Position numbers and translations under genes: made by a program
Notes under the pieces: generated by a model
Seen by the model: only the letters and a program-made list of their open reading frames with translations
Told to the model about the DNA's origin: nothing
Databases searched by the model: none
NCBI GenBank assembly: GCA_976551045.1
Contig: CDPCPM010000037.1
Location: 6,696,001-6,760,000, forward strand
DNA from: Glaucostegus cemiculus
Lineage: Eukaryota
Direction: 5' to 3'
Length of the DNA: 64,000 nucleotides
Shown: piece after piece, positions 61,319 through 64,000 of the stretch
Layout: each line of letters begins with the position of its first letter
How positions within the stretch are numbered: position 1 is the stretch's first letter

Positions 61319-63679
61319 TTCCACTTCCACGAAATGCACTTATTTATTTTGCCCTTACCTGAAGCAGTGATGGGAGTATTAATAATAAGTGCCAGTTATG
61401 CTACAAGCCTGAGTTTCCTACTTGAAGAATTATTATGCATTCATTGCAAATTAGGTGAGAATTGTGTGTCAAAGCTTTTGCCCGGATCAGCTACACAAAG
61501 CAGAAATGTTTCAGTGTTTCAGCAGTGAATGTGAAACTGGGAACCAATTTTTGTAGTGGTTTTATTTTGCTTTTTGGCTACATAGTCTTGCTCCAAAAGT
61601 GACAGACCATTGGGAGACTTTTACATGATTCACCATTGAGAAAAAATCTCATTCCATCCAGAACATTTAAATTTCTTTGTTATCAGTTACAAATACTTCC
61701 GTGACCTGAATGGGAAGAGGAAAAGAGAACCACATTGAAATGAGGATGGAAAGGAACTGGAAAATGTGGAGAGAAGTGCCTGCTTTAATCTGAATGGTGT
61801 GCAGGAACAGATTCAGGGGTATTGGGCTTCAGGGAGATGGATGCCTGGTTCAGTTTGGCAATGAGAAAGAAGTGCCTCCATGTTCTGGGTTTACAGAGAT
61901 GAGTGTCTTTTTGACAATAATACCATTTAACATTTCCATCAACAGGCTATTTCCACACAAAATTCACAATCTCTATAAGAAAATAATAAAATCTGCAACT
62001 TTGGCCAATAAATCTGACAATCTGTTGGAAAGTTGCAGAAATCTATAAACTAAGTTATGACAAATACATGCTGCAAAGTAGTTTTGGGTTAACTTGATAA
62101 CAAAGACCTGTTTTCAAGTTTGTCATTTCATTATCAGCTTTAAGAAGCTGTTGTTCCACTTCTGCTCGTTTTCCATCCAAGCAAATTTGCAAGTCTAAAT
62201 TTTGGTTTGGCTTTTAGCTCAATTTCACAAGAGTATGTCTGTCACCCTTCTGTGAACCCTTTCCAATGTCCAATGCAACACATACAGTATCTTTTGAAGT
62301 ACAATCCAACCAATACATTACAATTACATTTTTAGTGATTTGTATTTATTGTGCCTTAGAAATTCACAAACAACTGGATGAACAGTTTCAAAGGCCTTTT
62401 ATGTCTTTATGCTCTTTTGGCTCTTTCAGGGGCTCTTTATAAAGATGGGGAAGACTAAATGAAAAAGTAGTAAGAAAATTATCAGCACATGGAACATTTC
62501 TTTGGAGAGCAGCAGAGCGGAGCAGTGATTTGTAGGTAATAATGCTCACTGTGTTTAAATTAATCAAATGCAGATTTTTAATTTAGAATCGTTCACTATC
62601 AGTTTTCCATGATTTTTAAAATTCTTTCCTCCTATTTTAAAAATATTACAGTTCTTGGCAAGAAATGTTAAGGATTGAATCAAATGTCAGTTTCACAACC
62701 TGCTCGATATTATTTATTAATTTCAATGGGGAAAATCACAGTGTACAAATCTAGCAAAATATCAATTGTAATCTATTTCTGATGGTACTCAGTTAATATT
62801 CTCCTAATCTAAGTAACAAAGAAGGAGAAGGTCAGAACTTGTATTGCAATATTACTTCTTTCCTACAAAAATGGTAACAAAAAATTGAAAAATATTTTTA
62901 TTGTGAATTACTAAAAAGACAAACCTTTACTTCACCATTCAATAGTTACTTCACCATTCAACAAAACAACTTGATGAATAAGTCTGTATCAACAGCTAAT
63001 GACTGGAGCTGTACAATAAGAGACACAATAATGACTTCATGATTTAATGATGAAGTGGCTGCTTTTGGCTAATGACATGGAGAAATTGTGCAGAGATTTT
63101 ACCTGTATGGTCTGTGGCTTCATCATTTGTCAAAGAATTATGATATTTGAGTTCCATTAACATGTCATCCAACATTGTAAGATTGTGTAATGAATCAGTG
63201 CAAGTTTCATCAGCATGTTTACTGTGATTTCAGTCGCTGCCCCAACCCTCAAATCTAACAGATCTGTAAGTGACTTGTGGGCCATCAATCAACAGAGGAG
63301 AAATTGGGTTTCCCAAGGCCATTCAAGCAGCGCTTATATCTTAATGTAATTAAGTGAAATTAATGTGTGGATCATTCAAAACCTCTTATTTCCTTCAAAC
63401 CTTGACCTTCATTTTTAAATCCCATTGCTGATTGCACATGTCCTGGTGGTAAGTACAACACTAAAATGTCTTACTACCACCAGAGAAAAAAAACGTCATT
63501 TCCCCTGCAGGCATTGCGCAAGGAATGTTTAATGTTAAATATTAGACTTAATTGACTTGCTTCAGGCAATGCCCACCTCTGCTGTAATTTTGCAATTCAA
63601 TTAACCTTTTCACCGACATAAACATTTGTTTAAGATTGAAAAAAGAATGATCTGCCTTTCTCCTCAAGTAAGGCACTGG

Positions 63680-63760
63680 TGAAATAAAAACAGAAAATGC
63701 TGAAAATTTTCAGCACATCAGGTAACTTCTTATAATGTTTCATGTTACTGACATGTCGTT
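63680..63760 (-). mobile_element. Short Penelope-like terminal relic
   Basis: GAAATAAAAACAGAAAATGCTGAAAATTTTCAGCACATCAGG resembles 61170-61210. Confidence 0.5.
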
Positions 63761-63771
63761 TTCTTCTCAGT

Positions 63772-64000
63772 AATCTTCGTAGGCAGTCCCTCTGCATTGG
63801 GAATCACTTACTCCCACTTGACTGGGTCTGAAGTGGTTGAAGAGAAAAATGTGAAAACCATACACTCTGCCACAGATAGGGTCAGAGGTGCTTGTTGGAG
63901 CAGGTGGATGGTGGTTTGTGAGGTGGTTCATTACTTTTGCTGCTTACGCTGGACCTCTGTGTGTTCCTGACACATGGCTTTAAGGTTGTCAACACCGCTC
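63772..64000 (-). mobile_element. RTE-clade LINE 3' end (runs off the window)
   Basis: TAGGCAGTCCCT 3' terminus; minus strand encodes TSDPICGRVYGFHIFLFNHFR, resembling the RTE C-terminal CPxCGR...IGLxSH zinc finger. Confidence 0.72.

Noticed and set aside
62927-62961. Small tandem duplication TTACTTCACCATTCAA x2 (similar ones at 31271-31309 and 50041-50065)
   Set aside because: Ordinary slippage or repair micro-duplications
63443-63484. Imperfect hairpin CTGGTGGTAAG...CTTACTACCACCAG
   Set aside because: Short and gapped; no evidence for a miRNA or a defined element
1-64000. Short track ORFs (60-150 aa) as host genes
   Set aside because: Those with recognisable motifs are transposon fragments; the rest are antisense or off-frame readings of repeats or AT-rich DNA with no recognisable domain or consistent exon chain

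Overview
Non-coding, repeat-dense vertebrate DNA, most likely from a cartilaginous fish (probably a ray or other batoid, inferred from the repeat landscape). I recognise no host protein-coding exon, RNA gene or prokaryotic feature. Every meaningful ORF in the track is a decayed retrotransposon or transposase fragment. Larger elements: one full-length decayed L1 (10782-16521, 14-bp TSD) and two near full-length CR1 LINEs with zinc-finger/esterase ORF1 (about 30750-34900 and 36295-40400, minus strand). Smaller elements: many 5'-truncated CR1, Rex1/Babar, RTE and L2-like fragments; about a dozen tRNA-derived V-SINEs with two different LINE-type tails; older tRNA/Deu-type SINE relics; a solo LTR with a perfect 5-bp TSD (8915-9369); and two very old Harbinger transposase fossils. 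The most interesting signal is a set of Penelope-like element ends carrying minimal type I hammerhead-ribozyme motifs (CTGANGA...GAAAC). Three of these are short fold-back elements made only of two inverted ribozyme-bearing Penelope termini. A repeat-free AP-1/RUNX motif cluster at 42068-42182 is a candidate enhancer. Family assignments were made by eye, and boundaries are approximate unless a TSD is quoted.
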